Shown here one piece after another: positions 38,353 through 47,473 of a stretch of DNA of 64,000 nt (within the stretch, counting starts at the first letter, position 1; the number at the start of each line of letters is the position of its first letter). The stretch covers positions 63,755-127,754 of the forward strand of contig CANCLQ010000001.1 of assembly GCA_947378845.1 (NCBI GenBank). The letters run 5' to 3'. Source of the stretch: Opitutia bacterium (GTDB lineage Bacteria; Verrucomicrobiota; Verrucomicrobiia; Opitutales; UBA953). The notes beneath the pieces are model-generated. The model did not search any database. It was not told the origin of the DNA and was given only the letters and a program-made list of their open reading frames with translations. Both the position numbers and the translations under genes were made by a program.

Positions 38353-41070
38353 ATGCGCAAGAAATCTTCGAAGAGCGAAAAAACTGAAACTGCAGCACCC
38401 GGTTCCAAGACCTTGGTGATTGCCGAGAAGCCGTCGGTTGCGGCCGATCTCGCTAAGGTTCTCAAGGTTCCGAAGCTCGGCGAAGTTTTTGAAAATGATA
38501 AATGGATTATCAGTTCAGCCATCGGACACTTGGTGCGCTTAAAGGACCCGCAAGACTTAGACGAAAAATATAAACGTTGGACGTTAAAGGATCTCCCCAT
38601 TCTGCCTGAGAAGTTTGATGGTACCATCTGCGACGACATCTTAAAGGCTATCGTCGACAACCGGAATGATGGTTCACGTTACAAACTATTGAAGAAACTT
38701 TTTACCCGCAGTGATGTGGGTTCAATCGTCAATGCGTGCGATGCTGGCCGTGAAGGTGAACTTATCCTCCACAATATCTACGTACTCATCGGACGAGAAT
38801 TGCCGATTAAACGTCTCTGGCTGACGAGTATGACCAATTCGGCCATCCAAGATAGTTTCGACCACCTCCTATCATACGAAGCTAAAGAAGGTCTGCGCGA
38901 TTCCTCTGTCGGACGATCCCAAGCCGATTGGTTAGTCGGCATGAATGCCAGCCGCTTTTCCACCATCCGCATCGGTGGCGGTCGTCGTGAATCCTATTCC
39001 TGCGGTCGTGTTCAAACTCCTACCCTCATGCTCATCGTTGAGCGTGAATTAGAAATTCGTGCATTCCAGCCCAAGACATTTTGGAAGATTGAGACGACGT
39101 TCAAGGTTACCGCTGGTGAATATAAAGGTGTCGCCCAAGTTCCTGGCGTAACGGATCGCAAAGAGGCAGAACGTTTCTTCGTAGAGTCCACTGCCCAATC
39201 CGTCGCCGACGAAACTAAGAAGATTGGCGTTGGTACCATTACCGACGAGCGCAAGCCCAAGAAAGAAAGTGCTCCACGTCTCTTCGACCTTACAACTTTA
39301 CAGCGTGAAGGAAATCGTCGCTTCGGCTTCTCAGCTAAAACGACTCTAGGTGCCGCCCAGGCTCTCTACGAAAAACATAAAGCGCTGACCTACCCTCGTA
39401 CGGATTCGCAGTACTTACCTGAGGACCACGTCGCTACAGCGAAGTCGGTTATGCAGTCACTGGTTCAAGGACACAGCAGTGGCACACACGCTCAAGAAGC
39501 TCTAAATAAGAACTGGGTCGATTCGGCCGGTAAGCGCGTCTTTGATAACAAAAAAGTCAGCGATCACTTTGCAATTGTTCCCACTGGCACCATTCCATCC
39601 GACCTTAGCGAAGTGGAACGCAAAGTTTACGATTTAGTTGTTCGTCGTTTCGTTGCCGTGTTCTTCCCTATGGCCGAGTTTGAAGAAACCGTACGCCTCA
39701 CTCAGGTCGGTCCACATACTTTTCGTACGACTGGAAAAGTTCTAGTTGTCGCAGGTTGGCGCTCAGTCATGGGTCAGGAAGCGGATTCAGATGACGATAA
39801 GGAAAAAGAAGGTGCTGCTAATTTACCTAATTTAAATTCTGCCGACGGTACTCCGCCGCAAGGTAAGGTCGTTGAAGTGGAGATGCGTCAAGACGCCACC
39901 AAGCCTCCAGCTCGCTACAACGAAGCATCCTTGCTCGGTGCGATGGAAAACGCAGGTAAGCTCGTCGATGACGAGGCTCTTGCCGAAGCCATGAAAGAAC
40001 GGGGTCTCGGAACACCAGCGACTCGCGCCCAAACGATTGAAGGTCTCCTTGGCCAGCAGTACATCGAGCGACAAGGCAAGGAACTCGTGCCTCAAGCTAA
40101 AGCGTTTCAGCTTCATCAATTCATTCACGCCAAGGGTCTGTCCTTCCTTTCTGAGCCACAACTCACCGGTGAATGGGAATATCAACTCAAGCAAATCGAA
40201 CACGGAAAGCTTTCCGTAAAGAAATTCATTCAAGATATCAAAGCGCAGGTCAGCGAGATGGTTGAAAAAGGTAGCGCCGAAGTACCGCCCACTGTTGTGA
40301 CACCTGAGGTACTTTCGCCTACAGATAAAAAACCTATTCTGACAAATGGCGAAAGTTACTTCTCACAGGATCGTTCGGCCGACGGCAAGAAGCCGATGCT
40401 GATTGTTTATAAAGGTATCAACGGCCACACCGTAACGCCTACAGAACTTGCCGAGCTCATAGAGAAACGTCGCATCGGTCCGTTTAACGATTTCCGCTCC
40501 ATGAAGTCGGGTAAGAACTTTACCGGCTACATCGACTTGATGGACGAAGATTCCATCGTGTCATGGAAGACCAAGCCAGAACCTGTGGCTACCGACGCTG
40601 AAGCGAAGCCCAAGCGTAAGACCAAGCCTAAGGCACCCTCGGGTCGTTTGAAGGCCGTCCTCTTCCTCCCTCCTCGCGAAGGCGTGGACGGCAACCCTGA
40701 CGCATTTGATGCCGATTGGCCCGTGCTAGGTCCATGCCCTGTCTCCGGTCTTCCCGTCCAGCAAACGCCCACCGCAGGCTACCGCGTTTGCCCACAGAAA
40801 GCTTTAGCTGCTGGAGCCAAGAAAACTTTCAGTCTCAACGCCGAAATGTTGAAGGCACCGATCAGCCCTGAGGATGTGAAGGCATTGCTTAATCAAGGTC
40901 GTTCACCTCTTAAGAAATTTATTTCCCGCCGCACCAATCGTGGTTTCGAGGCCTTCCTCGTTGCCGACAAAGACAAGGGTTGGTGGTTCGAGTTTCCTCC
41001 GCGCAAGCCCAAGGGCCCCAAGAAGGCTGCCGCGGGTGAAGCGAAAGCAGACGACGGAAATCCCTTCTAA
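38353..41070 (+). CDS. topB: Type IA DNA topoisomerase, topoisomerase III-like, with C-terminal repeat domains and a basic tail
   Basis: Toprim N-terminus (LVIAEKPSVA), the active-site region LTYPRTDSQYL and two C-terminal repeat units are present. Confidence 0.85.
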   Translation: MRKKSSKSEKTETAAPGSKTLVIAEKPSVAADLAKVLKVPKLGEVFENDKWIISSAIGHLVRLKDPQDLDEKYKRWTLKDLPILPEKFDGTICDDILKAIVDNRNDGSRYKLLKKLFTRSDVGSIVNACDAGREGELILHNIYVLIGRELPIKRLWLTSMTNSAIQDSFDHLLSYEAKEGLRDSSVGRSQADWLVGMNASRFSTIRIGGGRRESYSCGRVQTPTLMLIVERELEIRAFQPKTFWKIETTFKVTAGEYKGVAQVPGVTDRKEAERFFVESTAQSVADETKKIGVGTITDERKPKKESAPRLFDLTTLQREGNRRFGFSAKTTLGAAQALYEKHKALTYPRTDSQYLPEDHVATAKSVMQSLVQGHSSGTHAQEALNKNWVDSAGKRVFDNKKVSDHFAIVPTGTIPSDLSEVERKVYDLVVRRFVAVFFPMAEFEETVRLTQVGPHTFRTTGKVLVVAGWRSVMGQEADSDDDKEKEGAANLPNLNSADGTPPQGKVVEVEMRQDATKPPARYNEASLLGAMENAGKLVDDEALAEAMKERGLGTPATRAQTIEGLLGQQYIERQGKELVPQAKAFQLHQFIHAKGLSFLSEPQLTGEWEYQLKQIEHGKLSVKKFIQDIKAQVSEMVEKGSAEVPPTVVTPEVLSPTDKKPILTNGESYFSQDRSADGKKPMLIVYKGINGHTVTPTELAELIEKRRIGPFNDFRSMKSGKNFTGYIDLMDEDSIVSWKTKPEPVATDAEAKPKRKTKPKAPSGRLKAVLFLPPREGVDGNPDAFDADWPVLGPCPVSGLPVQQTPTAGYRVCPQKALAAGAKKTFSLNAEMLKAPISPEDVKALLNQGRSPLKKFISRRTNRGFEAFLVADKDKGWWFEFPPRKPKGPKKAAAGEAKADDGNPF

Positions 41071-41071
41071 T

Positions 41072-41842
41072 TTACTTTTCCCAAGTCTGACGGGGAATAC
41101 GTTGGAGTAGAGGCAGATTTAATTCCGCCTCCATGTAACGTAGGTGCTCTAAGTCATCAGGCGAACTGTCGCCCACACCTTTCAGCTTCTCGAGCCATTG
41201 TTTACGGTACCAGCTATACGCTTCAGTCTTTTGTCCGTCTTCCCAAAGCGATTTAGCGCATAAGAAATAAGCGAACCAAGGAACATTGGTCGCTTCAGTG
41301 GCACGTTTATAATACAGCGCAGCGAGTTTATTATCCTTCAATTTAATTTCACACATTTGTCCTGCAGAAATTAAAATACCTGGGTTTCCTCCCGTGTGCT
41401 TCGCACCCTCTTCAAAGACTGCTAAGCCTTTTTGGGCGTAACTTTTAAACAGGCCGTCCTGAATCTCTTGGCTCACCTTGGCGTAACCACCGCGCCGGCG
41501 AATTTCCCAGTGCGCCATATCATAACCCACCACGTAACCCGTATTCTCCCAAAAATATCTCGCACGTGGATCTAAAGCACACGCTGTACGCATCAAACCT
41601 TCACACGCTGCACGGTCCCGCTTCTCCCAGGCAACATAGCTACGTAACCATGTGCCATCCGCAATTACGGTACGTAGACCGCCGAGAATGCCCAAGAGAA
41701 CGCCCTGCCCTAGCGTTGGCTCAATTTCTTTACGTCCCATTTCTGGAATCGATGTTCGTACCAAGCGCCAAGAGTTTTCAGCAAAACAGCCCGCGACAAA
41801 CAGTGCGAGTGCCACACCTACGACTGTCAACGCACGCAGCAT
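41072..41842 (-). CDS. Hypothetical membrane-anchored helical-repeat (TPR/Sel1-like) protein
   Basis: Two N-terminal hydrophobic segments are followed by W/Y-rich helical repeats. It starts 2 nt after the upstream permease gene ends. Confidence 0.5.
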   Translation of the reverse strand: MLRALTVVGVALALFVAGCFAENSWRLVRTSIPEMGRKEIEPTLGQGVLLGILGGLRTVIADGTWLRSYVAWEKRDRAACEGLMRTACALDPRARYFWENTGYVVGYDMAHWEIRRRGGYAKVSQEIQDGLFKSYAQKGLAVFEEGAKHTGGNPGILISAGQMCEIKLKDNKLAALYYKRATEATNVPWFAYFLCAKSLWEDGQKTEAYSWYRKQWLEKLKGVGDSSPDDLEHLRYMEAELNLPLLQRIPRQTWEK

Positions 41843-41844
41843 GA

Positions 41845-42693
41845 TTATATTTCACGCCTGCGAAAAGCCAGGCCAGCAATGCACATTAGAACGATAATAT
41901 AAACTCCACCTGATAAACTGGCTGCCCCAATGGCACCCACCTGAACAGACGTAACGTCGAGTGTGAGTGCATCACCAATATTAAATTGCTGCAGATTAGG
42001 AATGAGTCGTGTGATCAACCAAAGGAATGCCTGATGAAGCACGCCGAGTTCTTTGTCCCTTAATAAAGCCTCTTGGGCAATCCACTGAAGTTGACCTGCC
42101 AGTACGGTCATGGCGCCGACAACTACAGCGAACAGGAAGCTTCGTGCAACTGACGAAACCGCTAGAACCATTGCGGCGATAACGCCTAAGCGAAGCCATT
42201 GGAGTAAGGTGTATGCGAAGATACCGCCGACACTTAAATCGGGCGGCACGCGGCCCGATGCTTCAGCTATCTGGACTAATTCCTGATGGCGTCCCCATAG
42301 CACCAAACCAAGCAGAGTGCATAAGGTAAAAATAAAAACACCCAAGACTGCCCATACTCCAGCAAACTTACCGACCAAAAACTCAAATCGACCAACCGGC
42401 TTAGCCAATAAAGTGAGTGCGGTGCGATTTTCAATTTCGGCAAAGAACATTTGCGCCGTCATCACTAGTGCCAAAATCGACCCAAAGAAAAATATTCCGC
42501 CAAAACCAAAGTCGGCGACAAATTTTAATTCACCATGACCAAAGTCCATAAATCGGAATGAGACGGACGAAATTACCAGTGCGGCAGACAATACAATCAA
42601 GAAGGCAAAGAAGCGCTGACGAATCGCCTCAAGGAAAGTAATGCGTGAAATCCACGCCACTCGTCGGAAAGATGATTTCATTGAATCAGGCAT
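41845..42693 (-). CDS. ABC-2-type transporter permease
   Basis: About 6 TM segments and the EIENRTALTLLAKPVGRFEFLVGKF motif typical of the NosY/GldF-like ABC-2 family. Confidence 0.75.
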   Translation of the reverse strand: MPDSMKSSFRRVAWISRITFLEAIRQRFFAFLIVLSAALVISSVSFRFMDFGHGELKFVADFGFGGIFFFGSILALVMTAQMFFAEIENRTALTLLAKPVGRFEFLVGKFAGVWAVLGVFIFTLCTLLGLVLWGRHQELVQIAEASGRVPPDLSVGGIFAYTLLQWLRLGVIAAMVLAVSSVARSFLFAVVVGAMTVLAGQLQWIAQEALLRDKELGVLHQAFLWLITRLIPNLQQFNIGDALTLDVTSVQVGAIGAASLSGGVYIIVLMCIAGLAFRRREI

Positions 42694-43543
42694 CGCGACT
42701 TCCTTTCACGAGTTCACGGAACAATTCATCTAACGATCTTCGAGGATGAGTAATCACAATATCTTTGGCGCCGTTGGCTATGAGTGCGGCTTCTGCCGCC
42801 GCACAGGCTGCGTCGGTTAGATGTGATGCCGATATAACCTGACGATCGCGTCGTGCCAGTACCTCGTCGACTCGGCCTTCGAGTACCAATCTCCCCTTAT
42901 CCATGATGGCCACGCGGTCGCACACCTGTTCGACCTGACCCAATAGATGAGAGCAAAGCACGATGGTTCTACCCTGTGCACGCATCTCTAAAATCATTTT
43001 ACCGATCGCAGCGGCACCAACAGGATCCACGCCAGCCGTAGGCTCATCGAGAATCACCAACTCGGGCTCATGCACGATCGCTTGTGCCAGACCAATACGT
43101 TGCAACATCCCCTTGGAGTAAGTTCCGATCGTGCGATTACCAGCTTCGGTCATAGCGGTGAGTTCTAAGGCGGCATCGACTGCAGACTTAAGTTTCGTTT
43201 CCTCTACCCCGCTAAGCCTTGCGTAGTAATTAACCAATTCACGCCCGGTTAAAAATTTATGGAAATAAGGAGCCTCCGGTAAGAATCCAGTTCGGCTGCG
43301 GGCCTCGCGGGTTGCCGATGGAAAACCGAGGATCGAAATTTTTCCAGCAGTCGGAGCGACTAAGCCCAGTATAATTTTAAGTGTGGTACTCTTTCCACAT
43401 CCATTCGGACCCAGTAGACCATAGACCTGGCCGCGCGGAATTTCTAAATTAAGATTATCAACCGCGCGTAATTTATGACCGGCGAGTCCCACACGAAAAT
43501 CTTTCGTCAGTCCTTGGACGGATATGGCGAGAGACGTGCTCAT
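42686..43543 (-). CDS. ABC transporter ATP-binding protein
   Basis: Walker A (GPNGCGKST), signature (YSKGMLQR) and Walker B (LVILDEPT) are present. Confidence 0.9.
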   Translation of the reverse strand: MSTSLAISVQGLTKDFRVGLAGHKLRAVDNLNLEIPRGQVYGLLGPNGCGKSTTLKIILGLVAPTAGKISILGFPSATREARSRTGFLPEAPYFHKFLTGRELVNYYARLSGVEETKLKSAVDAALELTAMTEAGNRTIGTYSKGMLQRIGLAQAIVHEPELVILDEPTAGVDPVGAAAIGKMILEMRAQGRTIVLCSHLLGQVEQVCDRVAIMDKGRLVLEGRVDEVLARRDRQVISASHLTDAACAAAEAALIANGAKDIVITHPRRSLDELFRELVKGSRDA

Positions 43544-43821
43544 CGTTTGATGATAAATTGTGACGATGTACGTACACCGGCGAAGTCCCTAATCTCTATA
43601 TTTCTAATATGACCATCTAATGACTTTATAATTTCTTCAGTGAATGCCTCCACCTCATTACCTGTGCCCTCGGCGTGCAGATAAACACGCCCGTCGGTTA
43701 AGTTTTGCACAAAGCCTGTTACGTCATAACCGCGGGCTATTCCGAGCACTTGGGCACGGAAACCAACCCCTTGGACGTGGCCAGAGTACCATACTTCACG
43801 ATGGGAGACATGGGTTGACAT
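43540..43821 (-). CDS. acyP: Acylphosphatase
   Basis: 93-aa protein with the GHVQGVGFR phosphate-binding loop. Its stop overlaps the ABC ATPase start by 4 nt. Confidence 0.85.
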   Translation of the reverse strand: MSTHVSHREVWYSGHVQGVGFRAQVLGIARGYDVTGFVQNLTDGRVYLHAEGTGNEVEAFTEEIIKSLDGHIRNIEIRDFAGVRTSSQFIIKR

Positions 43822-43885
43822 TTTTAACCTTCTGGGGAATCTTCACCACGTTAACTTTCATCGCAATCGCAAATCAACCAAGACC

Positions 43886-44182
43886 ATGATCCTCCCTCTC
43901 GCCTTTATCGATGGCCCAGTTTTTTGGGCAATTTTGGCCGTAGCCATTCTTCTCTTTGGTGGCACCAAACTCCCCGAGCTCGCTCGCGGTCTTGGTAAAG
44001 CAAAACGCGAATTCAAAAAAGCTTCTGAAGAAGTTGAAGACGAAGTGCGTAGCGCCGTCGAAGAAGACGAGCGCAAGAAAGCCCGCCTTCGCGTTATTGA
44101 AGAAGAAGAGCGTGCTAAAATTCGTGCTAAAATCGAAGCCGAAGAACGCCTCAAGCGAGACAACGAAGGAAAACAAAACTAA
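43886..44182 (+). CDS. tatA: Twin-arginine translocase subunit TatA/E
   Basis: A single TM segment is followed by FGGTKLPELARGLGKAKREFKKA, an amphipathic helix and a long acidic/basic tail. Confidence 0.85.
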   Translation: MILPLAFIDGPVFWAILAVAILLFGGTKLPELARGLGKAKREFKKASEEVEDEVRSAVEEDERKKARLRVIEEEERAKIRAKIEAEERLKRDNEGKQN

Positions 44183-44188
44183 ACCTTC

Positions 44189-44214
44189 GGGGCCGATAAT
44201 TCGGCCCCTTTTAA
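44189..44214 (+). terminator. Intrinsic terminator downstream of tatA
   Basis: Perfect 7-bp GC stem GGGGCCG-ataatt-CGGCCCC followed by TTTTAATT. It begins 7 nt after the tatA stop. Confidence 0.7.
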
Positions 44215-44219
44215 TTGGT

Positions 44220-44810
44220 ATGTTCACGGGATTAGTCCAAGCCATCGGCGAAGTTGTTGCCATTGAGCCTCGAGCTCAAGGCGGTGCTCGTATCACCCTT
44301 AGTTCGGCTTTGATTCAATCTGCTGCACCTGGCGACAGCATCGCCGTCAATGGTTGCTGCCTTACGGTGACTGAGCCTAATGGTCCTAAGGCCTCATTCG
44401 ACCTTCTCGCCGAAACCCTCAAGCACACCAACATGGGCGACCTAAAGATTGGATCGGTTGTTAACCTAGAACCAAGCCTGCGCCCCACTGATCGTATGGG
44501 TGGACATTTTGTTACGGGCCATGTCGACACCTGTGGAACCATCGCCTTTCTTGGTCAAGATGGTGCGGACTGGCGTCTCGATATTCATGCACCGGAAATC
44601 ATTTTAAACCATATTGTCCGTAAAGGATGTGTCGCTATTGATGGTATGTCTCTGACGATCGCTGATCTTATTCCTGGTGGCTTTCGTATTTGGATTATTC
44701 CTCACACGCTCGCTGCCACTAATCTCAAGCAGCGTAAAACGGGGGACCGCGTAAATCTTGAGTCAGACTTACTAGCGAAGTACACCGAAAAACTTTTACG
44801 GAAAAACTAG
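44220..44810 (+). CDS. ribE: Riboflavin synthase (alpha chain)
   Basis: MFTGLVQAIGEV start and two lumazine-binding repeats (SIAVNGCCLTV, CVAIDGMSLTI). The ORF-track extension back to 43956 was rejected. Confidence 0.9.
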   Translation: MFTGLVQAIGEVVAIEPRAQGGARITLSSALIQSAAPGDSIAVNGCCLTVTEPNGPKASFDLLAETLKHTNMGDLKIGSVVNLEPSLRPTDRMGGHFVTGHVDTCGTIAFLGQDGADWRLDIHAPEIILNHIVRKGCVAIDGMSLTIADLIPGGFRIWIIPHTLAATNLKQRKTGDRVNLESDLLAKYTEKLLRKN

Positions 44811-45460
44811 GATCCGGAAATCGCGGTCAGTTTTTCTTGTATCGACCCTGCAATCACTTCGTCGACCTCTCCTTCTTGTGGCACAGGTACAAGCTCTAGA
44901 ACGACGTCGACGCGGGAGAACGGAAACGGGATAGCAAAAGAATCCCAACTCTTTAATCGCATCGCACAACGATAAGAAATTCCCATTAACAAAAATGGTC
45001 TTTGTGTAAGTTTCGCGAGGGCGACCACACCCGTTTTACAAACGCGACGTGGGCCCTTAGGTCCATCAGGTGTGACGCCCGCACAATCCCCGCCTTTCAC
45101 AGCACGTGTGAGCGACATAAGCGCTGCAGCGCCGCGCTTACTGGACGATCCGCGCACTGCCTTAATACCCATGATTTTAAAGAATGCGACCAGCCAACCG
45201 CCGTCCTTACTCGTACTGATTAATGCAGTTATGGGACGATCCAGACAACGCTTAGCCACTGCACCTGAAACAAACAATCGATCATGCCACAGTGTAATTA
45301 AGTGCGGCTCTGTTCTTTGGTATAGGTCCTGCCCCTGAATATGATACCTCAAAGTCGCCAACCATAATTTTAGCAACCAAGCCATGGGATAGACCCAAAT
45401 CCAATGATACCACGGCACCACTACTGGTATTTCGGGCCATTCTGGATTACTTTGGGACAC
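44807..45460 (-). CDS. DUF374-domain lysophospholipid acyltransferase-family protein
   Basis: LWHDRL...STSKDGG....F...G....RGSS..GAAAL......G......TPDGP.GP pattern. Confidence 0.75.
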   Translation of the reverse strand: MSQSNPEWPEIPVVVPWYHWIWVYPMAWLLKLWLATLRYHIQGQDLYQRTEPHLITLWHDRLFVSGAVAKRCLDRPITALISTSKDGGWLVAFFKIMGIKAVRGSSSKRGAAALMSLTRAVKGGDCAGVTPDGPKGPRRVCKTGVVALAKLTQRPFLLMGISYRCAMRLKSWDSFAIPFPFSRVDVVLELVPVPQEGEVDEVIAGSIQEKLTAISGS

Positions 45461-45499
45461 GTCAGATTACTCGCAGGTTAATAATAATTATTCAAACAC

Positions 45500-46042
45500 T
45501 TATCCTAAGCCCAAGGCCTTTGTAATATTAGGCCGGGCAAGCAAATGAATGAACGCAGAGGCAAAGAGTTCTGGTTGCGCCTCAACCCAATGTCGCAACT
45601 CGGCCGGCGTTCGCCAGGCAATCGAATCCACCTCTGGTCGATGAAGATTAAAAGCGAAATCGCCCTGCAGGAGGTATGACCTTACAAACTCCTGCCCTAG
45701 GTGTAGGTGCGATGGTGCGTAATCGATTTCAGATAATTGATCCGAACTTACTTCAACACCCAGCTCTTCATTCAACTCTCTTACAGCAGCTATTATATAA
45801 GTCTCACCACTATCGACATGCCCGGCGCATGAACTACTCAACAAGCCAGGACTATTGTCTTTAGCGTAAGAGCGTCGCTGAAGGGCAAGCTTCCCGTCGG
45901 AACTTAACCAAAAAATATGGATGGCCCGGTGCTTTAGTTGCTGTCTGTGAATTTCACTTCGTGGCATTGCCCCGATGACAGTGTCATGCTCGTCAACGAT
46001 ATCAAAAATTTCATCCGGTGATTGTCCGTGCTCCTGCCTCAT
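45500..46042 (-). CDS. NUDIX hydrolase
   Basis: Nudix box GHVDSGETYIIAAVRELNEELGV is present. Confidence 0.8.
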   Translation of the reverse strand: MRQEHGQSPDEIFDIVDEHDTVIGAMPRSEIHRQQLKHRAIHIFWLSSDGKLALQRRSYAKDNSPGLLSSSCAGHVDSGETYIIAAVRELNEELGVEVSSDQLSEIDYAPSHLHLGQEFVRSYLLQGDFAFNLHRPEVDSIAWRTPAELRHWVEAQPELFASAFIHLLARPNITKALGLG

Positions 46043-46767
46043 CGTCGTCCTAAATCCATTAGGTTATTCCAGCGCTTAGTAAGTTCGCGGTCATGGGCCT
46101 TCCATTCTGGATCCCACTTGGCCAATTGGTTCCAGAATTTATCGGAGTGATCCATATTCACGCGGTGCGCTAATTCATGCAAAATAACGTGATCGTGTAA
46201 CAATGGCGGCAACAAAACCAAACGCCAGTTAAGTGAAAGAGTGCCCACCTGCGAACATGAGCCCCAACGTGTTGTTTGGTCTCTCACAGATACGGACCCC
46301 ACTGAAATCCCGACACGCTGTGACAACCTCTCAACCGCCAAACTTAAACCAGTCTCAGCCAATCGTCGCACCACTCGTGCAGCAGCCGACTCTTTTTCGT
46401 CTTCCGGTAAGAAAAAAGTAACCTCATCAGCATTGGATTCGATTTTGATTTTTGCACGGGATGCCGAGGCTATCGTAATAGCCATAATTCTATCGTTCAT
46501 CGTCACCCAAGGGAATTGCTCAAAGTGCTGCATCAACGATGGCTGAACGTCACGTACCTTGGTCATAACTTTCTCCAGCCAACTCGTATGTTGTTTCAAA
46601 AAATCTAGCGCTACCGACGGCGGTGTGTGTTCGGGGTAAGATAATTCAATCCTCGGTCCGGGCTTTACCGCCAAACGCACACGATTAGATCGTGCGGAAA
46701 CCCTGGGCCAGATTTCAAGCCGACGGCCAGCCACCTGCATAACGATTGGCTGTACGACTTTCCCCAT
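46039..46767 (-). CDS. YgjP-like metal-dependent hydrolase (DUF45/M48-like, HExxH)
   Basis: RWGSCS followed by the zinc motif ILHELAHRVNMDHSDKFW. Confidence 0.8.
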   Translation of the reverse strand: MGKVVQPIVMQVAGRRLEIWPRVSARSNRVRLAVKPGPRIELSYPEHTPPSVALDFLKQHTSWLEKVMTKVRDVQPSLMQHFEQFPWVTMNDRIMAITIASASRAKIKIESNADEVTFFLPEDEKESAAARVVRRLAETGLSLAVERLSQRVGISVGSVSVRDQTTRWGSCSQVGTLSLNWRLVLLPPLLHDHVILHELAHRVNMDHSDKFWNQLAKWDPEWKAHDRELTKRWNNLMDLGRR

Positions 46768-47427
46768 CTACTTCGCGGGAGATTGACTCTCGGCTGCACT
46801 TTTAACGCCGTCGATAAATCTACGCAGTGCGGAATCAGGATCAATCCCCGCATCACGACAAGCCGCAATCAACTCAAAGAGCTGCTCACCCGCTTTCGCT
46901 TCAGTCAGGCCCTCCTTCTTGCTCGCGACCGCGGCCCGATTTACGGAAGTGCCGATATTAAGATTTTTCTTTTGAATCTGTTTCCAGATTTCACGCGCTA
47001 ACAAAATCGAGTTAAGCGATGGTGGCAGCTCCTTAAAAAGGGAGGGCTTCACGGCACCCTTTTCTTTTAGTTTAATTTCCTCCCATTGCTGAATGACTGC
47101 TTCAGAATTACCCAGTTTATCTCCCGAGCCAAAAACGTGCGGGTGACGACGCACCATCTTCTCATTCACTTCACGTACAACATCGTCGAAATTAAACTTT
47201 CCCGCCTCGGAGGCCATCTGAGCATGCATGGCGACGTGAAAAAGTAAGTCACCCAACTCTTCGCGGAGATTTGCCATATCATTACGGTCAATCGCTTGGA
47301 GCACCTCGGCCACTTCTTCGACGAGACAATCGCAGATAGATTGGTGGGTTTGCTCACGATCCCAAGGGCATCCATCGGGAGCCCTCAATCGTGCGGTTGT
47401 GGTTAGTAATTGTTGGATTCCTGACAT
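46768..47427 (-). CDS. mazG: MazG-family nucleoside triphosphate pyrophosphohydrolase
   Basis: CPWDREQTHQSI and the EExxE metal motifs (VEEVAEVLQAI, REELGDLLFHV) are present. Confidence 0.85.
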   Translation of the reverse strand: MSGIQQLLTTTARLRAPDGCPWDREQTHQSICDCLVEEVAEVLQAIDRNDMANLREELGDLLFHVAMHAQMASEAGKFNFDDVVREVNEKMVRRHPHVFGSGDKLGNSEAVIQQWEEIKLKEKGAVKPSLFKELPPSLNSILLAREIWKQIQKKNLNIGTSVNRAAVASKKEGLTEAKAGEQLFELIAACRDAGIDPDSALRRFIDGVKSAAESQSPAK

Positions 47428-47473
47428 ACCTTGATGGAGTCGCTTCCACGCCGAGAGTCAAAACGATTGCCAG

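Noticed and set aside
43956-44219. A long N-terminal extension of the riboflavin synthase ORF overlaps tatA in another frame. Its translation is Lys/Ser-rich.
   Set aside because: RibE begins with the canonical MFTGLV at 44220. The extension crosses the tatA terminator and has low-complexity composition typical of an off-frame read of the charged tatA tail.
43858-44263. Two minus-strand ORFs (101 and 129 aa) lie antisense to tatA.
   Set aside because: They are shadow ORFs produced by the repetitive GAA/AAG-rich coding of the TatA tail. They have no start context or recognisable domain.
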